Shown here: positions 1 through 7,921 of the stretch, piece by piece
Layout of the letters: every line of letters begins with the position of its first letter
Numbering within the stretch: position 1 is the first letter of the stretch
Assembly (NCBI RefSeq): GCF_000010625.1
Contig: NC_010296.1
Coordinates: forward strand, 5,610,001-5,642,000
DNA: 32,000 nucleotides
Origin: Microcystis aeruginosa NIES-843
GTDB taxonomy: Bacteria > Cyanobacteriota > Cyanobacteriia > Cyanobacteriales > Microcystaceae
Direction of reading: 5' to 3'
The notes under the pieces: model-generated
The model's input: only the letters and a program-made list of their open reading frames with translations
The model's database searches: none
Told to the model about the DNA's origin: nothing
Translations under genes and position numbers: made by a program

Positions 1-647
1 ACAAAGTCATGCAGCAGAGACAATCTATCTAACTCAAAAGTGTTTTTCTGGATAATTTGACCAGTGGAGTCAGACTTATAGAGATTTAAACTAACTTTGG
101 CACTGATTGTCACCCCGAAATTAAAAATCTCTCCTCTGGACAAATCTAGCTTAGGATGAGCGGAAAAAGTTTCCTTTGCTTGTAAGCTAGATAAATTATC
201 TAAGCCTAGGGTTTCTAAAGATTGTAAATCTAATTTATGGGGAAAACCCCCTTCCCAGAGAGCTAATAATTTATCGGGTAAAGCTAACACCGAGGTATTA
301 GCGGCATTTTTTACCTCTTTTCCCCAATTATTCCAAAAGAAGCCGGGGGCATTCATGCCATAATTAGGAAATAAATATTGATTAGCGGCACTTTCTTGCT
401 GATAACCGGCAGTCTGGACATAACGATAGGTGGCACTGACTCCCTTATCATGAAAATGTACAGCTAAAACTGCCCCATCTCCGTCAAACCAATGACCAAC
501 TTTCTGCTTACCTCTTTCTAATCTCCCCGGACCATTGCGATAGAGACTACCCCGCAATCCGTCAGGAATTTTCCCCGATAATAAGGTTAATTGCGTTTCA
601 GAAAATTCCACTGCTGGTTTTTCTAAAGATTTTGCCCAAGCTTTCAT
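1..647 (-). CDS. Carotenoid cleavage oxygenase (RPE65/CCO family), N-terminal ~215 aa; the 3' end lies outside the window
   Basis: Not in the ORF track. Hand translation of the reverse strand from ATG (645-647) runs to position 1 with no stop: MKAWAKSLEKPAVEFSETQLTLLSGKIPDGLRGSLYRNGPGRLERGKQKVGHWFDGDGAV...LLALWEGGFPHKLD...FSAHPKLD...LLHDF. The GHWFDGDG, ALWEGG, SAHPK and HDF motifs are typical of carotenoid oxygenases. Confidence 0.8.
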   Translation of the reverse strand, partial: MKAWAKSLEKPAVEFSETQLTLLSGKIPDGLRGSLYRNGPGRLERGKQKVGHWFDGDGAVLAVHFHDKGVSATYRYVQTAGYQQESAANQYLFPNYGMNAPGFFWNNWGKEVKNAANTSVLALPDKLLALWEGGFPHKLDLQSLETLGLDNLSSLQAKETFSAHPKLDLSRGEIFNFGVTISAKVSLNLYKSDSTGQIIQKNTFELDRLSLLHDF

Positions 648-762
648 AGATTTGTTTTTTACTGATTACATAGTTAAGTATAGCCCTAGGCTAGGTTCAA
701 TGACGATAACTTAGGCAGTTTACCAGTTAATTAGTATTCACCACAACCGATCAATTATGTCA

Positions 763-1455
763 TTATAAAGTATCGGGATCAATTCCCAGATAACGGATAT
801 ATTCAGCTAAACGTTCAGCTTTAAGACGCTCTTGTTCTAATTGTAAACTTGCTTGTTCAGCTTTAAGACGCTCTTGTTCTAACCTTTGAGATAATTCGAT
901 AGAAGTCAAAAATTTCTGACCATCTAAACTATAAATTTCTAACTCATCTTCTCTCAATTCAAATCGGATATTTAACCGAGGACTAACCCATCCCTTAATC
1001 TCAGGTATAGAACTTAATAGTCCTTTCTGTCTCAACCATCCTTGAAAATTATGATAATCGGGATCATAGAGATAGTATTCTTCCACTCCATAACGTTGAT
1101 AAAAGAGGAGTTTTCGCTCCATTTCTTCTAAACTATTAGAAGGGGAGAGAATTTCAAAGACCACTTGAGGAGCGATGTTATCTTCTTGCCATTGTTTATA
1201 GGAACCCCTTCTTCCTTTCGGACGACCAAATACTACCATAACATCGGGAGCAACTGGTCCGGTAATTTTTTTATCTTGGACGGGATACCAGAGGAGATCT
1301 CCCGCAATAAAAACGTTAGGAGAATTAGCAAAGAGAATCTCAAGATTTTCTTTAATTTTCACGATCCATTCGTATTGTTCGGTATTATCGGCCATGGGTT
1401 TACCGTCACTATCGGGGTATTCAATATCTGGATCAATAGCTGGTGTAAAGGTCAT
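763..1455 (-). CDS. Uma2-family (DUF820) PD-(D/E)XK-fold putative endonuclease, tandem copy 1 (230 aa)
   Basis: ORF track. The core PDVMVVFG...VVFEILSPSN...E matches the Uma2/DUF820 pattern common in cyanobacteria. The C-terminal tail is a coiled coil, LEQERLKAEQASLQ. Confidence 0.8.
   Translation of the reverse strand: MTFTPAIDPDIEYPDSDGKPMADNTEQYEWIVKIKENLEILFANSPNVFIAGDLLWYPVQDKKITGPVAPDVMVVFGRPKGRRGSYKQWQEDNIAPQVVFEILSPSNSLEEMERKLLFYQRYGVEEYYLYDPDYHNFQGWLRQKGLLSSIPEIKGWVSPRLNIRFELREDELEIYSLDGQKFLTSIELSQRLEQERLKAEQASLQLEQERLKAERLAEYIRYLGIDPDTL
816..884. repeat. In-frame 42-bp repeat (about 1.6 units) in the 3' part of Uma2 copy 1
   Basis: CAGCTTTAAGACGCTCTTGTTCTAATTGTAAACTTGCTTGTT is followed by a partial second unit. 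Confidence 0.9.
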
Positions 1456-1476
1456 AATTTCTGCTCCTTTAAATAT

Positions 1477-2211
1477 TCATAAAGTCTCGGGATCAATTCC
1501 CAGAGAACGGATATATTCAGCTAAACGTTCAGCTTTAAGACGCTCCTGTTCTAATTGTAAACTTGCTTGTTCTAATTGTAAACTTGCTTGTTCAGCTTTA
1601 AGACGTTCTTGTTCCAATTGTAACCTTGCTTGTTCAGCTTTTTGGGATAACTCGATAGAACTTAAAAATTTCTGACCATCTAAACTATAAATTTCTAACT
1701 CATCTTCTCTCAATTCAAATCGGATATTTAACCGAGGACTAACCCATCCCTTAATCTCAGGTATAGAACTTAATAGTCCTTCCCGTCTCAACCATCCTTG
1801 AAAATTATGAGAATCCGGATCATAGAGATAGTATTCTTCCACTCCATAACGTTGATAAAAGAGTAGTTTTCGCTCCATTTCTTCTAAACTATTAGAAGGG
1901 GAGAGAATTTCAAAGACCACTTGAGGAGCGATGTTATCTTCTTGCCATTGTTTATAGGAACCCCTTCTTCCTTTCGGACGACCAAATACCACCATAACAT
2001 CGGGAGCAACCGGTCCAGTAATTTTCTTATCTTGGACGGGATACCAGAGCAAATCCCCCGCAATAAAAACGTTAGGAGAATCAGCAAAGAGAATCTCAAG
2101 GTTTTCTTTGATTTTCACGATCCATTCGTATTGTTCGGTATTATCGGCCATGGGTTTACCGTCACTATCGGGGTATTCAATATCCGGATCAATAGCTGGT
2201 GTAAAGGTCAT
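1477..2211 (-). CDS. Uma2-family (DUF820) putative endonuclease, tandem copy 2 (244 aa)
   Basis: Same protein as copy 1. I place the start at ATG 2209-2211 (MTFTPAID), which has AAGGAG 8 nt upstream, rather than the TTG start at 2229 in the track. Confidence 0.8.
   Translation of the reverse strand: MTFTPAIDPDIEYPDSDGKPMADNTEQYEWIVKIKENLEILFADSPNVFIAGDLLWYPVQDKKITGPVAPDVMVVFGRPKGRRGSYKQWQEDNIAPQVVFEILSPSNSLEEMERKLLFYQRYGVEEYYLYDPDSHNFQGWLRREGLLSSIPEIKGWVSPRLNIRFELREDELEIYSLDGQKFLSSIELSQKAEQARLQLEQERLKAEQASLQLEQASLQLEQERLKAERLAEYIRSLGIDPETL
1530..1640. repeat. In-frame 42-bp repeat with an extra 21-bp half unit in Uma2 copy 2
   Basis: Unit at 1530-1571, 21-bp half unit at 1572-1592, diverged unit at 1593-1634. 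Confidence 0.9.
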
Positions 2212-2232
2212 AATTTCTGCTCCTTTCAATAT

Positions 2233-2862
2233 TCATAAAGTCTCGGGATTAATTCCCAGAGAACGGATATATTCAGCTAAACGTTCAGCTTTTTGGGATA
2301 ACTCGATAGAACTTAAAAATTTCTGACCATCTAAACTATAAATTTCTAACTCATCTTCTCTCAATTCAAATCGGATATTTAACCGAGGACTAACCCATCC
2401 CTTAATCTCAGGTATAGAACTTAATAGTCCTTCCCGTCTCAACCATCCTTGAAAATTATGAGAATCCGGATCATAGAGATAGTATTCTTCCACTCCATAA
2501 CGTTGATAAAAGAGTAGTTTTCGCTCCATTTCTTCTAAACTATTAGAAGGGGAGAGAATTTCAAAGACCACTTGAGGAGCGATGTTATCTTCTTGCCATT
2601 GTTTATAGGAACCCCTTCTTCCTTTCGGACGACCAAATACTACCATAACATCGGGAGCAACCGGTCCGGTAATTTTCTTATCTTGGACGGGATACCAGAG
2701 CAAATCCCCCGCAATAAAAACGTTAGGAGAATTAGCAAAGAGAATCTCAAGGTTTTCTTTAATCTTCACGATCCATTCGTATTGTTCGGTATTATCGGCC
2801 ATGGGTTTACCGTCACTATCGGGGTATTCAATATCTGGATCAATAGCTGGTATAAAGGTCAT
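2233..2862 (-). CDS. Uma2-family (DUF820) putative endonuclease, tandem copy 3 (209 aa, no coiled-coil repeat)
   Basis: Same protein. Start moved to ATG 2860-2862 with an upstream AAGGAG. The C-terminal repeat is missing (SQKAERLAEYI). Confidence 0.8.
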   Translation of the reverse strand: MTFIPAIDPDIEYPDSDGKPMADNTEQYEWIVKIKENLEILFANSPNVFIAGDLLWYPVQDKKITGPVAPDVMVVFGRPKGRRGSYKQWQEDNIAPQVVFEILSPSNSLEEMERKLLFYQRYGVEEYYLYDPDSHNFQGWLRREGLLSSIPEIKGWVSPRLNIRFELREDELEIYSLDGQKFLSSIELSQKAERLAEYIRSLGINPETL

Positions 2863-2883
2863 AATTTCTGCTCCTTTCAATAT

Positions 2884-3660
2884 TCATAAAGTCTCGGGAT
2901 TAATTCCCAGAGAACGGATATATTCAGCTAAACGTTCAGCTTTAAGACGCTCCTGTTCTAATTGTAAACTTGCTTGTTCAGCTTTAAGACGCTCCTGTTC
3001 TAATTGTAAACTTGCTTGTTCAGCTTTAAGACGCTCCTGTTCTAATTGTAAACTTGCTTGTTCAGCTTTAAGACGCTCTTGTTCTAACCTTTCAGATAAC
3101 TCAATAGAAGTCAAAAATTTCTGACCATCTAAACTATAAATTTCTAACTCATCTCCTCTCAATTCAAATCGGATATTTAACCGGGGACTAACCCATCCCT
3201 TAATCTCAGGTATAGAACTTAATAGTCCTTCCTGTCTCAACCATCCTTGAAAATTATGAGAATCCGGATCATAGAGATAGTATTCTTCCACTCCATAACG
3301 TTGATAAAAGAGGAGTTTTCGCTCCATTTCTTCTAAACTATTAGAAGGGGAGAGAATTTCAAAGACCACTTGAGGAGCGATGTTATCTTCTTGCCATTGT
3401 TTATAGGAACCCCTTCTTCCTTTCGGACGACCAAATACTACCATAACATCGGGAGCAACTGGTCCGGTAATTTTTTTATCTTGGACGGGATACCAGAGGA
3501 GATCTCCCGCAATAAAAACGTTAGGAGAATTAGCAAAGAGAATCTCAAGATTTTCTTTAATTTTCACGATCCATTCGTATTGTTCGGTATTATCGGCCAT
3601 GGGTTTACCGTCACTATCGGGGTATTCAATATCCGGATCAATAGCTGGTGTAAAGGTCAT
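2884..3660 (-). CDS. Uma2-family (DUF820) putative endonuclease, tandem copy 4 (258 aa, longest coiled coil)
   Basis: ORF track. Same core, with three and a half 14-aa LEQERLKAEQASLQ units. Confidence 0.8.
   Translation of the reverse strand: MTFTPAIDPDIEYPDSDGKPMADNTEQYEWIVKIKENLEILFANSPNVFIAGDLLWYPVQDKKITGPVAPDVMVVFGRPKGRRGSYKQWQEDNIAPQVVFEILSPSNSLEEMERKLLFYQRYGVEEYYLYDPDSHNFQGWLRQEGLLSSIPEIKGWVSPRLNIRFELRGDELEIYSLDGQKFLTSIELSERLEQERLKAEQASLQLEQERLKAEQASLQLEQERLKAEQASLQLEQERLKAERLAEYIRSLGINPETL
2937..3088. repeat. In-frame 42-bp repeat, 3 full units plus a partial unit, in Uma2 copy 4
   Basis: Units at 2937-2978, 2979-3020 and 3021-3062 are identical. A partial fourth unit follows. Confidence 0.95.
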
Positions 3661-3799
3661 AATTTATACTCTGAGGTTATTTGTCTGAAAATTATAATTC
3701 TAGCAGTGAGGTTAACTTTCCCCTGTAGTCCCAAAATAACATCGCCAATAACGTTGATCAAAAGGTTTGTGTACTTTTGTTAAAAAGTAAAAGTTTTTT

Positions 3800-3828
3800 T
3801 TGACAAAAAGAACGACTTGTGCTATGGT
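3800..3828 (+). promoter_or_regulatory. Sigma70-type promoter candidate upstream of the DUF29 gene
   Basis: TTGACA (3800-3805), a 17-nt spacer ending in TGC, then TATGGT (3823-3828), giving an extended -10-like TGnTATGGT. It lies ~110 nt upstream of the ATG at 3940. Confidence 0.4.
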
Positions 3829-3939
3829 AGAATTCTCTAACTTGGCAAAAATTCCCCAGACTAGAAGCCGATCGAACGATAGCGATCGAGGGTTATAATC
3901 GAGCCATTACCCCGCGCTCCCAGTCGGGAAGATAAATCT

Positions 3940-4410
3940 ATGATGACCGCTCTCTACGAGGAAGATTTTGTTCTCTGGACGGAAAAAACCGCCGAACTGT
4001 TAAAGCGAAAAGAGTTTGACCGGGTGGACTGGGAAAACCTGATCGAGGAAGTGGAGTGCATGGGAAAAAGCGAGAGACAGGCAATAACGAGTTTATTAAC
4101 CGTTTTAATCGAACACTTACTCAAACTATCCTATTGGGAATCGGAAAAAGAACGGAATGCCCGTCACTGGATAGTGGAGATCGCGGCTTTCCGAGCGCAA
4201 TTAGAACAAAAAATAGATAGTGCCACCCTCGTCAACCATGCCCGCGATTCTTGGGACAAAGCCTATGTAACCGCCAGAAAATCCCTGATTAATGCGCGTA
4301 TAGTCGATAAAAATGCGATTCCCCTAGAGTCTATATTCACCCTCGAACAGGTATTAGACGGGGATTGGTTCCCCATCGATATCGAACCTTTTCTGGAAAC
4401 CCGCCCATAA
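3940..4410 (+). CDS. DUF29 domain protein (156 aa)
   Basis: YEEDFVLWTEKTAELLKRKEFDRVDWENLIEEVECMGKSERQAITSLLTVLIEHLLKLSYW matches the DUF29 pattern (YExDFxxW...LDxENLIEEIExLGxSE). Confidence 0.8.
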   Translation: MMTALYEEDFVLWTEKTAELLKRKEFDRVDWENLIEEVECMGKSERQAITSLLTVLIEHLLKLSYWESEKERNARHWIVEIAAFRAQLEQKIDSATLVNHARDSWDKAYVTARKSLINARIVDKNAIPLESIFTLEQVLDGDWFPIDIEPFLETRP

Positions 4411-4499
4411 AAAATTTTTCGCTATTTTATCCCAAGTAAACTAACTTTATTTACCATAGAAATAGAGAGTTTTCCTAGTAATTAGCCTCCTGAGGATAA

Positions 4500-5036
4500 C
4501 TACCTGAGATCGATCAAAATGGGATTTAATAAAAATAAGGCCGCATGACTAGCCATTTCTTCTGATAAATAAATCTTTTTATATTTAATAATCCCCGTTT
4601 CCAGAAAAGAATCCCTTAACATTGCTTTTGTCCCACTATTAAAATCCGCTTCGTAAAAAACTTCTTTAATTCCCGAAGAAATAATTAGTTTTAAGCAGGA
4701 AATACAGGGTTCTAAAGTAACGTAAATACTAGCCCCTTGGGTAGAAATACCGTGTTTGGCCGCTTGAGCGATCGCATTAGCTTCGGCATGAATTGCCCGA
4801 GAGGGAATTTCTCCGGATTCTCGACAGGTTCCCAAACCGGGATAACAAAAACCCTGGGCAGTACAATGAACCGTTCCTGATGGGGAACCATTGTACCCCG
4901 TGGCTAAAACCTGCCGATCTTTGACAATTACCGCACCGACGGGAAAAGCTAAACAGGTGGATCTGGTGGCGGCTAATTTAGCGATCATTAAAAAATATTC
5001 GTCCCAAGTCGGTCTTTTTTCTTCAGAGTTGATCAC
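4500..5036 (-). CDS. dCMP (deoxycytidylate) deaminase, ComEB-like (178 aa)
   Basis: The zinc-binding deaminase motifs HAEANAI and PCISC are present, along with the N-terminal WDEYFLMIAKLAATRSTC that is typical of dCMP deaminases. Confidence 0.85.
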   Translation of the reverse strand: MINSEEKRPTWDEYFLMIAKLAATRSTCLAFPVGAVIVKDRQVLATGYNGSPSGTVHCTAQGFCYPGLGTCRESGEIPSRAIHAEANAIAQAAKHGISTQGASIYVTLEPCISCLKLIISSGIKEVFYEADFNSGTKAMLRDSFLETGIIKYKKIYLSEEMASHAALFLLNPILIDLR

Positions 5037-5054
5037 GGTTTCATACCAAGCTAG

Positions 5055-5106
5055 AAAAAGCGAAAAAGAGGGGGTTATCTCTGATAGCTTACCACTAGAT
5101 AACCTC
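5055..5106 (-). terminator. Rho-independent terminator candidate downstream of htpX
   Basis: On the minus strand GGTTATCT pairs with AGATAACC (plus-strand 5097-5104 and 5073-5080). The hairpin is followed by CTCTTTTTCGCTTTTTC. Confidence 0.5.
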
Positions 5107-5124
5107 TAAAAATTAAGAACGGGA

Positions 5125-5976
5125 TCAGGTTAATAATTCCTGTTGAATGCGACGGAGATTTTCGATTCTTGCCTCGGTGGATGGGTGAGTAGCGAATAAA
5201 TTAGCCAGAAACTGCCCCGAAAAAGGACTGCTAATTAACAGCGGTTCAAAGGCAGGATTGGCATTTAAGGGCATTTGACGACCGATCAATTCTAAACGGG
5301 TTAAAGCCCGGGCTAAAGCTTCGGGATTCTCGGTCAAGCGAGCGGAACCAGCATCAGCCTCGAATTCTCTGGTACGAGAGATAGCCATCTGAATCACAGT
5401 GGCGGCAAGGGGGGCGAGAAAGATGGTAAGTAGTAAACCGATGAGATTGCCCCCTTGACGATGGCGAGAATTGCCAGCAAACAGGAAACCATAACTCAGC
5501 ATTCTGGCGAGGTAGGAAATCGCCCCGGCAACGGTGGCCGCAACAGCTTGGGTTAAGGTATCCCGGTTACGCACATGAGTTAATTCGTGGGCGATAACTG
5601 CTTCTAATTCGTCGGCGGGCAGCAGGTTTAAAATGCCCTCGGTAACGGCGACGGCGGCGTGTTCGGGATCTCTGCCGGTGGCGAAAGCATTAGCGGCGGG
5701 GGTGGGGACGATATAAAGTTGCGGCGTGGGAATATTGGCTTGACGAGAGAGATTTTCCACCATTTGGTAGAGTTCGGGGGCTTGTTGGCGGCTGACTGGT
5801 TGGGCTTGGTAAGCGGCCAGAGCAATGCGATCGGAGAAGTACCAAGAACCGATATTAGTAATGGCGGCGATTACTAAACCAATTAAAGCACCGCCCTGAC
5901 CAGCGAGCGCGTAGCCAATAGCGACAAGTAAACCGGCTAGTAAACCCAATAAAGCAACAGTTTTAAGCTGATTCAT
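5125..5976 (-). CDS. htpX: M48-family zinc metalloprotease HtpX homolog (283 aa)
   Basis: HELTHVRNRD contains the HExxH motif. There are N-terminal and central TM segments, and the downstream EFEAD and THPS motifs fit HtpX. Confidence 0.85.
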   Translation of the reverse strand: MNQLKTVALLGLLAGLLVAIGYALAGQGGALIGLVIAAITNIGSWYFSDRIALAAYQAQPVSRQQAPELYQMVENLSRQANIPTPQLYIVPTPAANAFATGRDPEHAAVAVTEGILNLLPADELEAVIAHELTHVRNRDTLTQAVAATVAGAISYLARMLSYGFLFAGNSRHRQGGNLIGLLLTIFLAPLAATVIQMAISRTREFEADAGSARLTENPEALARALTRLELIGRQMPLNANPAFEPLLISSPFSGQFLANLFATHPSTEARIENLRRIQQELLT

Positions 5977-6026
5977 CTTTATTTATCTTAGGAAGTGAGA
6001 GGTATAAAAGATGTGGGGAGACCTTT

Positions 6027-6065
6027 CAGTTATCAGTGAACAGTAATCAGTGATCGGTGATTAAC
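6027..6065. repeat. Degenerate heptamer array (CAGTTAT/CAGTGAA/CAGTAAT/CAGTGAT)
   Basis: Read directly. It is followed by GGCAGGGGGCAGGGGGCAGG at 6069-6088. Confidence 0.85.
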
Positions 6066-6219
6066 GGAGGCAGGGGGCAGGGGGCAGGAGTCCGTTTTTG
6101 TAACGGGGATTTATGCCCCGCTCCAAAAACTTTTCGCCTTAAGGCGAGGTTTTAGACCTGATTTTGTCGATAATATTACTCAAAACTCAGTGGTTAGTGG
6201 TCACTAGCCCCTTCTAACC

Positions 6220-6247
6220 GATAACTGATAACTGATAACTGATAACT
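6220..6247. repeat. (GATAACT)x4 heptamer array, the inverse complement of the CAGTTAT family
   Basis: Read directly. Confidence 0.9.
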
Positions 6248-6521
6248 GGTTAAGGCCTAGCATAAAAACTGAAAAAAACTCGAAAGTTAATAATAATTTA
6301 AAGAATTTGACGCCGGAGAATAATCAGATTTTGGCTGATAGCTAAACCCTGACGGCTGGCAAAATAACAGAAATTCTTAAGAAGCTAAAGGGTTTAAATC
6401 CCCAGAGAGAGCATTGTAGAATGAAGCGGTTAGTTATCTACTAGAAGATAGGACTTTTCCGTCCCAGCGAAACAATTCTATTCAAATCTTTAACCCAAAT
6501 TGCCAAGGAGACTGAGTTTTA

Positions 6522-7265
6522 ATGTCTGTTAATTTTCTGGGAGTTGGTTTGTTTCACCCTCTCCTTACCCCTTATCTCGCCCTCCATATTCCTGACGGCT
6601 TTTTGAGTCCACCGGTGAGTCTATTTACTTGGATAATTGCCGTCGTCCTGATTGGCTTTTCTCTCAAAAAAGTGCGCGGTCACTACGCTGAACGGGCTGT
6701 ACCTTTGATGGGAGTTTGTGCCGCCTTTATTTTTGCCGCCCAGATGATTAATTTTCCCATTCCGGGGGGAACCTCCGGACATTTATTAGGGGGGACTCTT
6801 GCGGGGGTTTTACTCGGTCCCTGGGCGGGTTCTTTGGTGATGGCGGTGGTTTTTATCGTTCAAGCTTTATTTTTTCAAGATGGCGGTTTAACGGTTTTAG
6901 GGGCGAATATCGTCAATATGGGTTTGATCGGGACGTTTGGCGGTTATTATCTCTATCTAGGGATTAGGAAAGCCCTCGGTTTTTCCAGTTGGCGCGGTAT
7001 GGCGATCGCTGTTGCCCTGGCCGCTTGGACAAGTGTGGTGGTGGCAGCGTTGGTTTGCGCGCTGCAATTGGCTTTATCGGGGACTGTACCGCCTTTAGTC
7101 GCCCTTTTTGCCATGTTATCTTGGCATATCCTCATCGGCATCGGGGAAGCGGTGATTACCGTTTTCGCTGTCGGTTATATCTGGCGAACCCGTCCCGATC
7201 TTCTCTACGATCCGCCCCATTCCGTTAATACTTCTGTTCCCCCTGCCTACGCTTCTCGTCAATAG
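6522..7265 (+). CDS. cbiM: ECF transporter substrate-capture component CbiM/NikM (247 aa)
   Basis: HIPDGFLSPP motif and a multi-TM protein. It is followed by PDGLE, CbiQ and CbiO genes. Confidence 0.8.
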   Translation: MSVNFLGVGLFHPLLTPYLALHIPDGFLSPPVSLFTWIIAVVLIGFSLKKVRGHYAERAVPLMGVCAAFIFAAQMINFPIPGGTSGHLLGGTLAGVLLGPWAGSLVMAVVFIVQALFFQDGGLTVLGANIVNMGLIGTFGGYYLYLGIRKALGFSSWRGMAIAVALAAWTSVVVAALVCALQLALSGTVPPLVALFAMLSWHILIGIGEAVITVFAVGYIWRTRPDLLYDPPHSVNTSVPPAYASRQ

Positions 7266-7444
7266 ACCTCTTGTAAAAATCAAAAATTGTTGTTAGGGTC
7301 AGGAGTCGGTCGTCAGGAGAATTAAGAATGAATAATAATCAATTAAATGGTCTATTTAAGGATTTTAGGCAATTTAATCCTTATTTTTACCGTTTTTGAA
7401 CCCTCAAAAATTAATTATGCAAGAGGTTTAATAAAGATTAGCCC

Positions 7445-7768
7445 ATGAATATTCGCAGAAATAGCCAATTTTTTCTGATTGGCCTAGTATGTTCCCTAAT
7501 TATCGCCGTTTTTCTTTCTCCCTTTGCCAGTCCCGATCCCGACGGACTCGATCGAGTGGCGGAAGACTTGCAATTTAGCAAAAAAGAAGACCCTAACGCC
7601 CTAGGTAGTCAATTACCTTTCGCCCGAATTTTTGATGGTTATGCCCTCAAAGGTGTTCCCGAAGGTGTCGCCACTCCCCTCGCCGGTTTTCTGGGAACTC
7701 TTGCCACTTTCGGCATCGCTTGGGGTATCGGTAAATTAGTGATTGCAAAATCCCAAAATCAGGAGTAA
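7445..7768 (+). CDS. PDGLE-domain membrane protein (CbiN/NikL-like accessory component, 107 aa)
   Basis: N-terminal TM helix, then SPDPDGLDRVAEDL (the PDGLE-type motif) and a C-terminal TM helix. It sits between cbiM and cbiQ. Confidence 0.7.
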   Translation: MNIRRNSQFFLIGLVCSLIIAVFLSPFASPDPDGLDRVAEDLQFSKKEDPNALGSQLPFARIFDGYALKGVPEGVATPLAGFLGTLATFGIAWGIGKLVIAKSQNQE

Positions 7769-7776
7769 GGAGTCGA

Positions 7777-7816
7777 GACGTGGGGACGTGGGGACGTGGG
7801 CAAGTGGGGAAGTGGG
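7777..7816. repeat. Octamer array (GACGTGGG)x3 plus CAAGTGGG and GAAGTGGG
   Basis: Read directly. Confidence 0.9.
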
Positions 7817-7833
7817 GCATTTAGCTGAAATTT

Positions 7834-7881
7834 CCCTAAACCCCTAAACCCCTAAACCCCTAAACCCCTAAATCCCTAAAT
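7834..7881. repeat. Octamer array (CCCTAAAC)x4 plus (CCCTAAAT)x2
   Basis: Read directly. Confidence 0.9.
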
Positions 7882-7892
7882 CCCCTTTCTAA

Positions 7893-7916
7893 CTGATAAC
7901 TGATAACTGATAACTG
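7893..7916. repeat. (CTGATAA)x3 heptamer array abutting the cbiQ start
   Basis: Read directly. Confidence 0.9.
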
Positions 7917-7921
7917 AATAA

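Larger units (their letters stand above)
763..3660. repeat. Head-to-tail tandem array of four units (714, 756, 651 and ~777 bp), each a gene plus a 21-nt spacer
   Basis: Direct comparison of the four units shows near-identical nucleotide sequence. Each stop codon is followed by ATATT(G/T)AAAGGAGCAGAAATT and then the ATG of the next copy. Confidence 0.95.

Noticed and set aside
1165-3783. Long plus-strand ORFs (105-137 aa: 1165-1482, 1921-2238, 2572-2889, 3370-3783; also 1394-1675, 2108-2326, 2801-3124) that recur in every Uma2 unit
   Set aside because: They are antisense shadows of the Uma2 genes. They recur only because the DNA is duplicated, their sequences are low-complexity (for example the CSNCKLACSALRRS repeats from the 42-bp unit), and they lack ribosome-binding sites.
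6250-6521. Possible cobalamin (B12) riboswitch or other leader upstream of cbiM
   Set aside because: I looked for the B12-box (GCCACUG-like core) and the conserved GGUGxxAAxxCC/AGGGAA elements and did not find a convincing set. A covariance-model scan would be needed to exclude it formally.
7834-7881. Telomere-like CCCTAAA repeat
   Set aside because: The period is 8 nt (CCCTAAAC/CCCTAAAT), not the 7-nt plant-type telomere unit. It is an internal intergenic array among other 7-8 nt arrays.
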